A stretch of DNA of 64,000 bases, taken from contig JBIJDH010000019.1 of assembly GCA_044344255.1 (NCBI GenBank), positions 64,001 to 128,000 of the forward strand, given 5' to 3'. The translations under genes and the position numbers were made by a program. Below the pieces are notes generated by a model, which was not told the origin of the DNA, did not search any database, and saw nothing but the letters and a program-made list of their open reading frames with translations. Below, piece by piece: positions 54,126 through 63,921 of this stretch. Position 1 is the stretch's first letter, and each line of letters starts with the position of its first letter. Origin of the DNA: Myxococcota bacterium (lineage in GTDB: Bacteria > Myxococcota_A > UBA796 > UBA2385).

Positions 54126-55460
54126 TCAACGGAGCACCCGGTAGCGCTCGGCGAGCTTGGACTGGCGGGTCTGGCGGCTGGTGAGCGCGCCGTCGATCCA
54201 GACGCGGCGCACCGACTGGCGGGCCTGGAGCGGGTCGCCCGTGGCCTCGAAGAAGGTGGCCGGCGCCCCGACGGCGAGCTGGCCATAGCCCTCGCCCAGG
54301 CCGAGCAGCCCGCCTGCGCCGCTCGTGAGCGCCGTGATCGCCGTCTCCCAGCGGAGGCCGTGCGCCACGGTGACGCCAGCGTCCACCCGCAGGCCGCGCG
54401 AGAAGTGGTTGGCGCCCGAGCGGAAGGCGAGCTTCACCCCGGCCTCGTCGAGGCGCCGCGCGTTGTCGTAGCGGGCGTGCAGGGTCTCGAAGCTGTCGGG
54501 CTGCACCATCAGCGGGCCGAGCAGCACGCCCAAGCCAGAGGCCGCGAGCTCCCGGGCCACGAGGTGCCCCTCGGCGCAGCCCACCAGCGCGCCCTTCAGC
54601 TTGTGGTCCCGGAGGAGCGCGACCGCGGCAAGGATGTCGTCGGCCCGCTCGGCCTTGACGAGGGTGAGGAGCTTGCCGCGCTTCCAGTCCCGCAGGGCGC
54701 GGTCGCGGGGGGATGCGTCTTTGTCGTCGGGGGGCTCGTCCTTGTCGTCCTTGTCGTCCTGCGCCTTGTCTCGGCGGCGCCGCCCCTTCTTTTCGTCGTC
54801 CTCGTCCTCGTCCTCGTCCTCGGGCAGCTTGGTGGCGTCGAGCAGCTCGCGCAGCTTCATCGCCACGCCCATCCGGCTCTTGGGGCCGCTCGGGTGGGCC
54901 TCTCCCGCCCCGCCGAGGTTGACGCAGAGGCCGATCGGGGCGCGGATCAGGGCCTCCTCGAGGGTGCGGCCGGCGGAGCGCACGAGCCCGGCCTGCCCGG
55001 TGATGAGGTGGTTCGCCTCTGGCTGGAGGAGGAGCGCCGTGATGCCGGCCACCCGCGTCACCGGGACGACCTCGGAGAGGGGGTTGTAGCCCTCCCAGGC
55101 GCGGGCGTCGGGGGTGACGGCGTCGCTCGACTCGTCCTCGTCGTGGGTGCCCTGCTCGAGGCCAATCTCGAACATGCCCACCGTGCAGCCGGCGTCGGTG
55201 AAGCCGGGGCAGAGCCAGGCGCCGCCGAGGTCTTCGCCGCTCGTGACCGCTTCGCCCAGGGCGGCGATCTTCCCGCCCTCCACGCGAACCCCGCCGCGCC
55301 CGAGCGCGCCGCCCGGCAGGACGAGGGTGGCGTTTCGAAGCGTGAAGTCCGCGGCGGCGAAGCGCCCGCCGACGGGCTCGGCCTCCCTCGCCGCCGCGAG
55401 GCCCAGGCGCGGGGCGAGCAGGCCGGCGGCGCCGAGCGCGAGGAGCTGGCGGCGGTTCAT
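54126..55460 (-). CDS. Amidohydrolase-fold protein, Tat signal, lacking HxH metal ligands
   Basis: MNRRQLLALG twin-arginine signal; PGFTDAGC in place of DxHxH. Confidence 0.75.
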   Translation of the reverse strand: MNRRQLLALGAAGLLAPRLGLAAAREAEPVGGRFAAADFTLRNATLVLPGGALGRGGVRVEGGKIAALGEAVTSGEDLGGAWLCPGFTDAGCTVGMFEIGLEQGTHDEDESSDAVTPDARAWEGYNPLSEVVPVTRVAGITALLLQPEANHLITGQAGLVRSAGRTLEEALIRAPIGLCVNLGGAGEAHPSGPKSRMGVAMKLRELLDATKLPEDEDEDEDDEKKGRRRRDKAQDDKDDKDEPPDDKDASPRDRALRDWKRGKLLTLVKAERADDILAAVALLRDHKLKGALVGCAEGHLVARELAASGLGVLLGPLMVQPDSFETLHARYDNARRLDEAGVKLAFRSGANHFSRGLRVDAGVTVAHGLRWETAITALTSGAGGLLGLGEGYGQLAVGAPATFFEATGDPLQARQSVRRVWIDGALTSRQTRQSKLAERYRVLR

Positions 55461-55473
55461 CCCCGCCGGTGAG

Positions 55474-56694
55474 TCAGGGCCGGCCATCGGGATCTCCCTC
55501 CACCGCTCGATCGTAGACGAGCTGTCCGTCGATCCAGGTGCGGCTGACGAGCGTGGTGGTGTCGAGCGGGTGCCGGCTGAAGAGGGCCATGTCGGCGTCC
55601 TTCCCGGGGCTGAGCGTGCCCACCCGCCCCTCCACGCCGAGGAGGGTGGCGGGGTCGAGGGTGATGGTCTCGAGCGCGTCGGCCTCGCTCATCCCGGTGC
55701 CCACGAGCTTGGCGGCCTCGGTGTAGAGGCGCTGCACGGTGTTGGCCGAGTCGGAGTGCATCGCGACCCGCACGCCGGCTTGCTTGTTGAGCAGCGCGTT
55801 CTCGGGGACGGCGTCCCAGGCCTCCATCTTGAAGCCCCACCAATCTGGCCAGGTGGCCACGCCGGTGCCGTGGGCGGCGAGGAGGTCGCGCACCTTGTAA
55901 GCCTCGAGCCCGTGCTGGAAGCTCGCCACCTTCACGCCGTACTGGTCCATGACCCGGTAGATGCCCTCGATGTCATCGGCCCGGTAGCAGTGCACGTGGA
56001 CGCGGATCTCGCCGTCGAGCACGTCGAGCAGCACCTCCTGGTCGAGGTCCATCGGGGGGCGATCCTTCGTGCGGGCGCGCTCCGTCCGATAGTCGAGCGC
56101 CCCCTGGAAGGCCGCCCGCATCGCCGCCATGTTGCCCATCCGCGTGCTCGGGCCGTCCTCGTCGGCGGCGTAGACCCGCTTCGGGTTCTCGCCGCAGGCC
56201 ATCTTGATGCCGCGCGGCGCCCCCTCGAAGATCATCCCCTTGAGCGTGCGCGAGGGCCGGAGCTTCAGCACCGCCGACTGCCCGCCGATGAGGTTGGCGC
56301 TGCCCGGCAGCACCTGGATGGTGGTGACGCCCCCCGCGCGGGCCCGAGACAGCGCAGGGTCCTCGACGTGGAAGCTGTCGCCGGCCCACACCCGCGGGGT
56401 GGTGGGGGCGGTGGCCTCGTTGCCGTCGTCGTTCCCGCCGGAGCCCGGCCAGGAGTAGACGCCCATGTGGGAGTGGACGTCGATGATGCCGGGGAGGAGG
56501 AACTGCCCCGCCCCGTCCACCACCGTGGCTGTCCCGGGCGGCACGGGGAGCCCGGCGCCGAGGGCCTCGATCTTGCCCCCGGTGACGAGGACGGTGGCGT
56601 CGGCGACGGGCGGCCCGGAGATCGGCAGCGCCGTCACGTGGACGATAGCGAGGTCGGCGGCCCAGGCCGCAGCGAGGAGGGAGATCAGGAGCAT
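55474..56694 (-). CDS. Amidohydrolase family protein (exported)
   Basis: PGIIDVHSH, KMACGENPKRVY, VHCYR, HSDS, G.L.PGKDAD. Confidence 0.9.
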   Translation of the reverse strand: MLLISLLAAAWAADLAIVHVTALPISGPPVADATVLVTGGKIEALGAGLPVPPGTATVVDGAGQFLLPGIIDVHSHMGVYSWPGSGGNDDGNEATAPTTPRVWAGDSFHVEDPALSRARAGGVTTIQVLPGSANLIGGQSAVLKLRPSRTLKGMIFEGAPRGIKMACGENPKRVYAADEDGPSTRMGNMAAMRAAFQGALDYRTERARTKDRPPMDLDQEVLLDVLDGEIRVHVHCYRADDIEGIYRVMDQYGVKVASFQHGLEAYKVRDLLAAHGTGVATWPDWWGFKMEAWDAVPENALLNKQAGVRVAMHSDSANTVQRLYTEAAKLVGTGMSEADALETITLDPATLLGVEGRVGTLSPGKDADMALFSRHPLDTTTLVSRTWIDGQLVYDRAVEGDPDGRP

Positions 56695-56749
56695 CGGCGC
56701 AGGGCCTCCTCGTTGAAGGGCCGCGCTCGCCCGCTCTCCGCTCCCCGGC

Positions 56750-57331
56750 TCATCCGACGAGGCCGTCGAGGAGGCGATGGAGGTCGGTCGGGAGCTGGTG
56801 GCCGCGGTAGCGGATGAGGCCGTCTTGATCGAGGATCAAGACGAGGGGGATCGACTCGACCCGGAAGGCCCGGCTGAGCGCCCCCATAGGATCGAGCAGC
56901 ACCCGGCCGCCGACGCCGATGCGCGGCGCGGCGTCCGCGACGAGCGCCGCCGACTCCCCGGCGTTGACCGAGAGGAACTCGACGGTGTCCCCATAGGAGG
57001 CCGCGGCGGCCGCCACGGCCGGGGCCTCGGCCCGACAGGGGCCGCACCAGGAGGCCCAGAAGACCACCACCGTCGGCTTTCCCCCATGATCGGCGAGGCG
57101 GTAGGTCTCCCCCGAGAGGGCGGGGGCCTCGATCTCGGGGGCGGTGTTGCCCTCCGCCGAGCCCACCGGCGGCCCGCCGCAGCCGATGACGCCGACGAGG
57201 CTGACGAGGCCGATCAGCAGCAGCCCGAGCGAGCGAGCGCGCGACCACCGGGCCGTCTGCGCCGCCGCGGGCGCCGTCGCGGAGGGGGTACAGGCGTCGC
57301 GGGGGGCGCCGGGGAGGGGGGCTCGGGGCAT
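56750..57331 (-). CDS. TlpA-family thiol-disulfide oxidoreductase
   Basis: FWASWCGPC, cis-Pro IP, N-terminal anchor/lipobox. Confidence 0.85.
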   Translation of the reverse strand: MPRAPLPGAPRDACTPSATAPAAAQTARWSRARSLGLLLIGLVSLVGVIGCGGPPVGSAEGNTAPEIEAPALSGETYRLADHGGKPTVVVFWASWCGPCRAEAPAVAAAAASYGDTVEFLSVNAGESAALVADAAPRIGVGGRVLLDPMGALSRAFRVESIPLVLILDQDGLIRYRGHQLPTDLHRLLDGLVG

Positions 57332-57378
57332 GGGCGACGATGCTATCACGCTCGACCGGGCGCCCCCGCCGGGCTCGC

Positions 57379-58101
57379 CTACCGGCCGTTCACCCCCCAG
57401 TCATAGCGCTGGTAGGACACGGAGAGGCCCCCCGCGCTCACCGCCGCCTGCTGCTCGGGGCTGAGCCAGGGGAAGAGGAAGTTGAGCGCCGCCTCCTGCT
57501 TGCCGGAGACCCCGGGGAGGTCTCGCTGTGACTGCGCCTCGAAGTCCTTGCCGTACCAGTCGAAGATCGAGCTCAGCTCAACCTTGTGGGCCCCGAGGTC
57601 GAAGCGGAGGGCGTTGCTGCCGGCCCAGGCGCGCGCGGCCTGGTCGAGCTCCGCCGAGAGGCCCGCCGCCGTGAAGGCCCGCGGCGAGAGCGGCGGGCAG
57701 CCGAGGCTCGCGCAGTTGAGCGCCGCGTGGACGCGGGGGTCACCCAGCGGGCGCAGCGTCTTGTGCTCGATGTCGTTGAGGGTGAGCTCCCGCCCGGCGA
57801 CCGTGAAGCGGCGGCGGTCCCAGGGGTCTCCGCCGGCGATGTCCTTGATCGACTTCACCGGCCACGCGTCGGCGATCATGTCGATGGTGAGCGCGTTGTA
57901 GGCGTTGATCCAGAAGGCCGTCTTCGCGGCGCGATCGCTCGGCTCGGGGGCGGCGGCGAGCGCGGCCACCGTGCGGTCCAGCGCGCCCGAGGCCCGAATG
58001 GCGGCGTAGTCCACCCGACCGTCCCGCAGGTGCCGGTCGAGGGCGGCCTGGTAGGGGGCGTCGTCGAAGGCGAGGGCGGCGGTCACGAGCAGCAGCAGCA
58101 T
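57379..58101 (-). CDS. DUF547 family exported protein
   Basis: VDY, FWINAYNA, LNDIEH, DPRVH.ALNCAS.GCP, LS.IFDWY, YDW. Confidence 0.9.
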   Translation of the reverse strand: MLLLLVTAALAFDDAPYQAALDRHLRDGRVDYAAIRASGALDRTVAALAAAPEPSDRAAKTAFWINAYNALTIDMIADAWPVKSIKDIAGGDPWDRRRFTVAGRELTLNDIEHKTLRPLGDPRVHAALNCASLGCPPLSPRAFTAAGLSAELDQAARAWAGSNALRFDLGAHKVELSSIFDWYGKDFEAQSQRDLPGVSGKQEAALNFLFPWLSPEQQAAVSAGGLSVSYQRYDWGVNGR

Positions 58102-58238
58102 GGGGCTCCCGGGGGCGACGGGCCCGGCGGCGGGCCCCGATCCTGGTATCGTCAATGTGGGCCGTCGGTTACCGCCCGCCCCCCCGGCCACGCCAACCCT
58201 GTCCCCTGGGCGAACCACCCCGCCCCCTGGCCGAACCC

Positions 58239-58325
58239 ATGAAGCTCCTGCTCGTCGCTGGCATCCTCGTCGTCCTGCTCGTGCCTGTCGCCGTCTTCGG
58301 CCTGCTGACCGCGGAGTCGCGTTGA
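58239..58325 (+). CDS. Putative 28-aa single-pass membrane peptide
   Basis: MKLLLVAGILVVLLVPVAVFGLLTAESR; GC-rich third positions; TGA overlaps the next TTG start. Confidence 0.45.
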   Translation: MKLLLVAGILVVLLVPVAVFGLLTAESR

Positions 58326-58648
58326 TCCCCTTCTGCGTCGAGCCCTGGCAGCTCATCGTCGGCGAGGTCCTGCCCCAGCAGATCGTCGACATGCGGAGCG
58401 CAGAGCGCTTCCATCGAGGCCACCTGCCCGGGGCCCGCTGCCTCAGCTACGAGGCCTTCCAGGGCGAGGCGCTCACCCTCCTCGATCGCGGCCAGAGCGT
58501 GCTGGTGGTCGATCCCCAGGGCGCGCGGGCCGCCGAGATGGCCACCTGGCTGCGGGCCCGCGGCTACGACGCGGGCTACCTCGAGGGCGGCATGGCGAGC
58601 TGGACCGGCCCCCTCACCCAGGGCCCTGGCCGCCGCCCAGATCCCTGA
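58322..58648 (+). CDS. Rhodanese-like domain protein (no active-site Cys)
   Basis: IVDMRS..F..GHLPGA, L...GY...LEGG..SW; VVDPQG at the catalytic loop; TTG start after GGAG. Confidence 0.75.
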   Translation: MIPFCVEPWQLIVGEVLPQQIVDMRSAERFHRGHLPGARCLSYEAFQGEALTLLDRGQSVLVVDPQGARAAEMATWLRARGYDAGYLEGGMASWTGPLTQGPGRRPDP

Positions 58649-58683
58649 CCAGCGCTGAGCCCCCACGGAGCGGCCCCACCGAG

Positions 58684-59076
58684 ATGCGCGTCCCCTTCGC
58701 CACCCCCTTCGACGAGGCCATCGCCCGCTCGGGCGTCGCCGCGCTCTTCACGGCCGACCACCGCGGCGAGCTGCGCCTCACCTCCGACCGCAGCCGCGAC
58801 GTCTGGAACCTCCTCACCGGCCCGCCGCGCCCCGGCTGGGCCCACTGCCTCTACCGCGACCGCGGCACCGGCTTTGTCCAGTACGTGCTCGCCACGAGCC
58901 CAGACCTCTGCGCCAGCCATCCCCGGGCCGACATCCGCGTCTACGCCGACCAGGACAGCGCCCTCGCCGCCCTCGATGCGTGGGGCCGGCCCCCGATCGC
59001 CGCCGAGCCCTGGCCCGAGGCCGCGCCGCCGCTCAGCCCGCCCGAGGCGGCGCCCCCGGCCCCGCCGGTGGGCTGA
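58684..59076 (+). CDS. Hypothetical protein
   Basis: Coding-like codon usage, same strand as the rhodanese gene. Confidence 0.6.
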   Translation: MRVPFATPFDEAIARSGVAALFTADHRGELRLTSDRSRDVWNLLTGPPRPGWAHCLYRDRGTGFVQYVLATSPDLCASHPRADIRVYADQDSALAALDAWGRPPIAAEPWPEAAPPLSPPEAAPPAPPVG

Positions 59077-60340
59077 GCGCGGCACGGCTCCGCGAGACGG
59101 CCCCGGTGAGCCAGCCCACCACCGGCAGCAGGCTCAGGCTCAGCGCCACCGTGAAGACGACGATGCGCTCCATGCCCTCGAGCCGATCGGTGACAGCGGC
59201 GTCGAGCAGGAGCGAGGAGATCATCGCCCCCGCCGCCGCCGCGAGGTGCTGCACCGCTGACTGCGCCGACTGGAAGCGGGCCCGCTCGTCCGGGCCCGGG
59301 ATGAGCGAGGAGAGGGACTGGAAGGCAACGTTCCGCACCGACATCGACCCCATCATCAGCGGGAAGAGCAGCACCGCGGGGATGAAGGGGTGATCGGAGT
59401 AGAAGCCGAGCGGGACGATGAAGGCGAGCAGCAGGCTGCCCGCCGCGAAGAGCACGAAGGAGCCGTACCGATCGACGAGCGGCCCCGCGATCCGCAGGCA
59501 CACGAAGGAGGTCGCCCCGCCGAGCATGTAGAGCAGCCCGAGGTGCTCGCGGGGATAGCCCACGTTCATCAGCAAGAAGGGGGAGATGTTGGGGATGAGC
59601 GCGAAGCCGGCGGCGTTCATCACCCCGGTGGCGGCGAGGCAGGCCACCACCGTCCGCCGGCCGACGAGCTCGCGGAGCGGGGTGACCGGACCGCCGCGAC
59701 CGATGTGGCCCCGCATCGGCGGGAGCAGCGTCGCCGCCGCCACCAGCACCGCGAGGCCGAGCCCGGCGACCACGAAGAAGGGGAGGCGCCAGCCGCCGAG
59801 CGTGGCGAGCTCGAGCCCGGCCGGCACGCCGAGCACCGAGGCGATCGAGAAGGCGCCCATCACCACGCCCATCGCCCGCCCCCGGCGGGAGGCGGGGACG
59901 GCGTCGGCGACGATCGAGAGCGACAGCGCCGTGGCCGGGCCGCCGAAGACGCCGGCGAGGACGCGGGCGGCGAGCAGCGAGGGCAGGCTCCACGACAGGG
60001 CCCCGAGCGCCGTGCCGACGCCGAGGCCCGCCATCGCCACGAGCAGGGCCCGCCGACGGTCAAAGCGGTCGAGGAAGGTGGAGCAGAGGATGCCGCTGAT
60101 CGCCGCCGCGGCGGTGTAGGAGCCGCCGATGACCCCGAGGTGGGCCGGCGCGATGCCGAGCTCCCGCGCGAAGTCCGGCCCGAGCGGCATCACCATCATG
60201 AAGTCGAGGATGTTGACGAACTGCACGGCGGCGATGACGAGCAGCAGCCGCGACTCGGCCTTCGTCGCCTCGGGGGGTGGGCTGGCCTCCGGTGGGCGGG
60301 CGGCGGGGGCCGCCTCGGGCGGGGTCTCAGGTGTCGTCAC
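59033..60340 (-). CDS. MFS transporter
   Basis: QFVNILDFMMVMPLGP, DRFDRR motif A, about 12 TM helices. Confidence 0.9.
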   Translation of the reverse strand: MTTPETPPEAAPAARPPEASPPPEATKAESRLLLVIAAVQFVNILDFMMVMPLGPDFARELGIAPAHLGVIGGSYTAAAAISGILCSTFLDRFDRRRALLVAMAGLGVGTALGALSWSLPSLLAARVLAGVFGGPATALSLSIVADAVPASRRGRAMGVVMGAFSIASVLGVPAGLELATLGGWRLPFFVVAGLGLAVLVAAATLLPPMRGHIGRGGPVTPLRELVGRRTVVACLAATGVMNAAGFALIPNISPFLLMNVGYPREHLGLLYMLGGATSFVCLRIAGPLVDRYGSFVLFAAGSLLLAFIVPLGFYSDHPFIPAVLLFPLMMGSMSVRNVAFQSLSSLIPGPDERARFQSAQSAVQHLAAAAGAMISSLLLDAAVTDRLEGMERIVVFTVALSLSLLPVVGWLTGAVSRSRAALSPPAGPGAPPRAG

Positions 60341-60468
60341 GGGCAGCCCCTCTTCGGCGGCGCCGCCCTAACCCACCCCTCAGGCCTTGCGGGTGGTCAC
60401 CGCGGTGCGCAGATCGGCCCGACCGCGGCGCCGCCGGAGCTCTCTCCGGACCGACCCGGGAGGTGGAC

Positions 60469-60999
60469 GTGGGTGGAATCTCGCAGCTCGTGGGTCAGCT
60501 CCTCTCTCGAATGGGCGTCTCGCTGAGCGGCCCACAGCTTGTGCTCGTGTTGGCCGTCGTCTCCGCGCTGATGCTCCCCGGCTTCGTCCGCAACGCGCGG
60601 GTCTCGGTCGCCCGCAGCCACCTCGCGCGGGCCCGCCTGCTCAGCGGTCCGGAGCGCCAGGCCGCCGAAGACTCCGTCCTCCGCGCCGCTGGCGAGCAGC
60701 CCGCGGTGCTGGTCGCCGTCGCCGAGGAGGCGCTGCGCCTCGGCCGCGAGGGGCTCGCCCGCGCGGCCACCGAGCGCCTCGGCGCCACCGGCAAGGAGCG
60801 CAAGGCCTACCGCGCGCTCCAGCGGAGCCTCGCCCCGCCCGCCCCGAAGGAGGCCCTGCTCGAGGAGGTGCTCGTCGTGGTCGAGCGGCTCATCGACGAG
60901 GGGCGCACCGAGGAGGCCGCCCGCCGGCTCGACATCGCCCGCCAGCGCTGGCCCGACGCCCCCACCGTCGAGGCCCTCCAGGCGACCCGGCCGGCCTGA
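60469..60999 (+). CDS. Membrane-anchored helical hypothetical protein
   Basis: GGAGG then GTG; TM helix followed by TPR-like helices. Confidence 0.55.
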   Translation: MGGISQLVGQLLSRMGVSLSGPQLVLVLAVVSALMLPGFVRNARVSVARSHLARARLLSGPERQAAEDSVLRAAGEQPAVLVAVAEEALRLGREGLARAATERLGATGKERKAYRALQRSLAPPAPKEALLEEVLVVVERLIDEGRTEEAARRLDIARQRWPDAPTVEALQATRPA

Positions 61000-61009
61000 C
61001 CGCCCCCGC

Positions 61010-62305
61010 TCAACTCCAACGGGTGACGTGCCAGGCCTTCTTGCCACGCCGCAGCGCGATCAGGCGGCCGTGGAGGAGGTCTTCGGTGGTCAGTCGATAG
61101 TCGCCCCCCACGGTGCGGCCGTTGACGGCCACCGCCCCGCCCTGGAGGAACTCCCGGGCCTCCCGCTTCGACTTCACCAGGGTGGTGAGCGTCAGCGCGT
61201 CGACGAGGGGCAGCCCCCCCTCGAGCAGGGCGCGGGCGTGCTCGGTGGAGGGGGCGCCGGCCAGCACCTCATCGAGGGTGTCGGCGGGCAGGGCCGCGAG
61301 CTCCCCCGAGAAGAGCGCCCGCCCCGCCGCCTCGGCCTGGTCGCGCGCCGCCTCGCCGTGCACGAAGGCGGTGACGTTCCGCGCCAGGGCCCGCTGGGCG
61401 ACCCGCGCGCTGCGGTCCCCGGCGTGGGCGGCCTCGATCTCCAGCACACCCGCCTCAGAGAAGGTGGTGAAGATGCGCAAGAAGCGCAGCACGTCGTCGT
61501 CGGAGGTGTTGAGCCAGAACTGGTAGAAGGCGTAGGGGCTCGTACGATCGGGGCTCAGCCAGATCGCACCCGACTCGGTCTTGCCGAACTTGCCACCGTC
61601 CGCCTTGGTGACCAGCGGCGAGACGAGGGCGAAGGCCTCGTTCTGCCCCGCCGGCAGGATGCGGCGACAGAGGTCGGCCCCCGACACGATGTTGCCCCAC
61701 TGGTCAGAGCCGCCCATCTGCAGGGTGACGCCCTCATGCTCCCGGAGGTGCAGGAAGTCGTAGGCCTGGAGGATCATGTAGCTGAATTCGGTGTAGGACA
61801 GGCCCTGGTTGCGCGTGAGACGGTCACGCACAGAGTCCCGCTGCACCATCGCGTTGACGCTGAAGTGCTTGCCGACGTCGCGCAGCACCCGGATGTAGCC
61901 GAGCCCGCCGAGCCAGTCGTGGTTGTTGACCACGATCCCTCGGTTGGGGGCGAGGTCGAGGATGCGCTCGTAGATCTTACGCTGGCCCGCGATGTTCGTC
62001 TCTACCCCCGCCTCGTCGAGGAGCTGCCGCTCGGCCGACTTGCCCGAGGGATCGCCGATGAGGCCGGTGCCGCCGCCCACCACCACCACCGCCTGGTGCC
62101 CCGCCTGCTGGAAGTGCCAGAGCAGCTTGATGCTGACGAGGTTGCCGATGGTCAGGGAGTCCGCGGTGGGGTCAAAGCCGATGTAGGCCCGCCGGCTGCC
62201 GCTGCTGAGGTGGGCCCGGAGCTCCGCCTCGTGGCTGAGGTCATGGATGAGGCCGCGCCAGCGGAGCTCGGCGATGAAGTCCTGGTTCGGGATGAAGTGT
62301 GTCAT
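61010..62305 (-). CDS. tyrS: Tyrosine--tRNA ligase
   Basis: Y.GFDPTADSL-TIGN, GDPSGK, EFSY..LQAYD, GGSDQWGNI, KFGKT, C-terminal S4 domain RRGKK. Confidence 0.97.
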   Translation of the reverse strand: MTHFIPNQDFIAELRWRGLIHDLSHEAELRAHLSSGSRRAYIGFDPTADSLTIGNLVSIKLLWHFQQAGHQAVVVVGGGTGLIGDPSGKSAERQLLDEAGVETNIAGQRKIYERILDLAPNRGIVVNNHDWLGGLGYIRVLRDVGKHFSVNAMVQRDSVRDRLTRNQGLSYTEFSYMILQAYDFLHLREHEGVTLQMGGSDQWGNIVSGADLCRRILPAGQNEAFALVSPLVTKADGGKFGKTESGAIWLSPDRTSPYAFYQFWLNTSDDDVLRFLRIFTTFSEAGVLEIEAAHAGDRSARVAQRALARNVTAFVHGEAARDQAEAAGRALFSGELAALPADTLDEVLAGAPSTEHARALLEGGLPLVDALTLTTLVKSKREAREFLQGGAVAVNGRTVGGDYRLTTEDLLHGRLIALRRGKKAWHVTRWS

Positions 62306-62391
62306 CCGCGGAGCCTAGCACGCCAGCCCCGGGCTCGGCGAACCCTCCCCCTCTCGCGGTCGGCCCTCCGTGCGGCCCCTATTCCCGGCCG

Positions 62392-62994
62392 TCAAAACTC
62401 CCGGCTGTCAATCCGCCGCAGCCCGTCGGCCTCGGCCATCTCGATGAGCTCGTCTCGGAAGCGCTTGTACCAGAGCCACTGGGCGACCTCTCGCATCGCG
62501 AAGACGATGGGGATGGTGATGATGAACATGCTGCCCACCGAGCCCAGGATCCAGCTCACGAAGAAGAAGAGGATGTGCTCGCCGGGGTACTTCATGACGT
62601 GCCGCAGAGAGAGCTTCGCGCAGTCGATGGGGTCGTGCCGCCCCTCCACCACCAGCGGGAAGAACAGCACCAGCGCGATGCCGATCGCCGCGCTCAAGAG
62701 GCCGCCCGAGGCCCCGCCGAGCCAGAAGGGCACGATGTAGAGCAGCACCGCCACACAGTCGGCGCCGATCCGATCCATCTGGATGAGGCCGCCGATCCGC
62801 GGGCCCCGCCCCTCCTCCACCGCGGCCCGCGCCTCGCGAAGCACGTTGACGATGAGGACCGTCCCGACGCCGCAGGTGAACACGAAGGCGAAGAAGAAGG
62901 CCCCAAAGAACAGGAACCAAGACAGGATGTCGCGGCTCACCACCGTCCAGGCCTGCTTGTGAACATCTACGGGGGACAGGGCGGTCTCAGACAT
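62392..62994 (-). CDS. Membrane protein, hypothetical
   Basis: Several TM segments, GGAGG RBS. Confidence 0.65.
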   Translation of the reverse strand: MSETALSPVDVHKQAWTVVSRDILSWFLFFGAFFFAFVFTCGVGTVLIVNVLREARAAVEEGRGPRIGGLIQMDRIGADCVAVLLYIVPFWLGGASGGLLSAAIGIALVLFFPLVVEGRHDPIDCAKLSLRHVMKYPGEHILFFFVSWILGSVGSMFIITIPIVFAMREVAQWLWYKRFRDELIEMAEADGLRRIDSREF

Positions 62995-63030
62995 CGGGCC
63001 TCCAGCCCAGCCGCCCTATCCCGAGCCCGC

Positions 63031-63723
63031 CTACTTCGCCGGGGGAGGGCTGCCCACAGCGCCATCGGCTGTGGCAGTGCCGACGGCGGCTCCGTCGGCG
63101 GGGGCGCCCTCGGCCGGGACGGCGGCGGCAGCGGCAGCGGCAGCGGCGGCAGCGGCGGCCTCCTCGGCGAGGCGCTTGGCGTCGGCCTCGGTGACCTGCT
63201 TCATCGCGGCGAGGCCCTTCTCGAAGTCCCCCCCCACCATCTCATCCATCGGCATGACGAGGCCGAAGGCCTTGGACATGAAGTTGTTGTGACCGGTCAT
63301 CGCCCAGACCACCTTGGAGCCCTCCCCCTCGGGGGAGACCGTGAAGGTGGTGACGTTCTCCGCCTCAAAGGGGGTGAGGAAGTGCAGATCGATCACCACC
63401 TCGGCGGGCGGAGTCGAACCCTTGATCGTCATCTTCCCGCTGCCCACCTCGTCGTTACCGTCCCAGGCGTAGGCCGCGCCGACCCCCGTCTCGGGCCCCG
63501 TGTAGGTGGTCTTCATCTGGGGATCGATCTTCGCCCAGGGCGACCAGGCCTCCCACTTGTGGAAGTCGTTGATGTGGCTGAAGACCAGCTCCGGCGACGC
63601 CGACACCGAGGTGGTGCGCTGCACCTTGAAGTCCGCCGGCTGCATGGCGATCACGCCGACGAGCGCGGCGACGAGCACGCCGGCCCCGAGCGCGATCTTG
63701 GGGAGGATGGACGACTTGGACAT
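63031..63723 (-). CDS. SRPBCC (START/polyketide cyclase-like) family protein with poly-Ala tail
   Basis: VQR...V.A.PE.VF..INDF.KW..WSPW...DP, G.GA.Y.W.GN..VG.G.M, DFEKGL..MK. Confidence 0.9.
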   Translation of the reverse strand: MSKSSILPKIALGAGVLVAALVGVIAMQPADFKVQRTTSVSASPELVFSHINDFHKWEAWSPWAKIDPQMKTTYTGPETGVGAAYAWDGNDEVGSGKMTIKGSTPPAEVVIDLHFLTPFEAENVTTFTVSPEGEGSKVVWAMTGHNNFMSKAFGLVMPMDEMVGGDFEKGLAAMKQVTEADAKRLAEEAAAAAAAAAAAAAVPAEGAPADGAAVGTATADGAVGSPPPAK

Positions 63724-63921
63724 GCGGACCTCGATCAAGAGAGAAGATTCCCGAACTATCCGCGCCCCCCGATCCGGGTCCAGGGATGATCGCGCACAAT
63801 TTGACAGAACAAATCGGAGGGACGATCGGGGTCGCCCGCGAATCGGCGCCAGCGCTCCGCCCGCCGCAGCGGCGGTGGCGGCCCAGATCCAATAGGCAGG
63901 CCCGTCACCGGAGCCCCCTCG

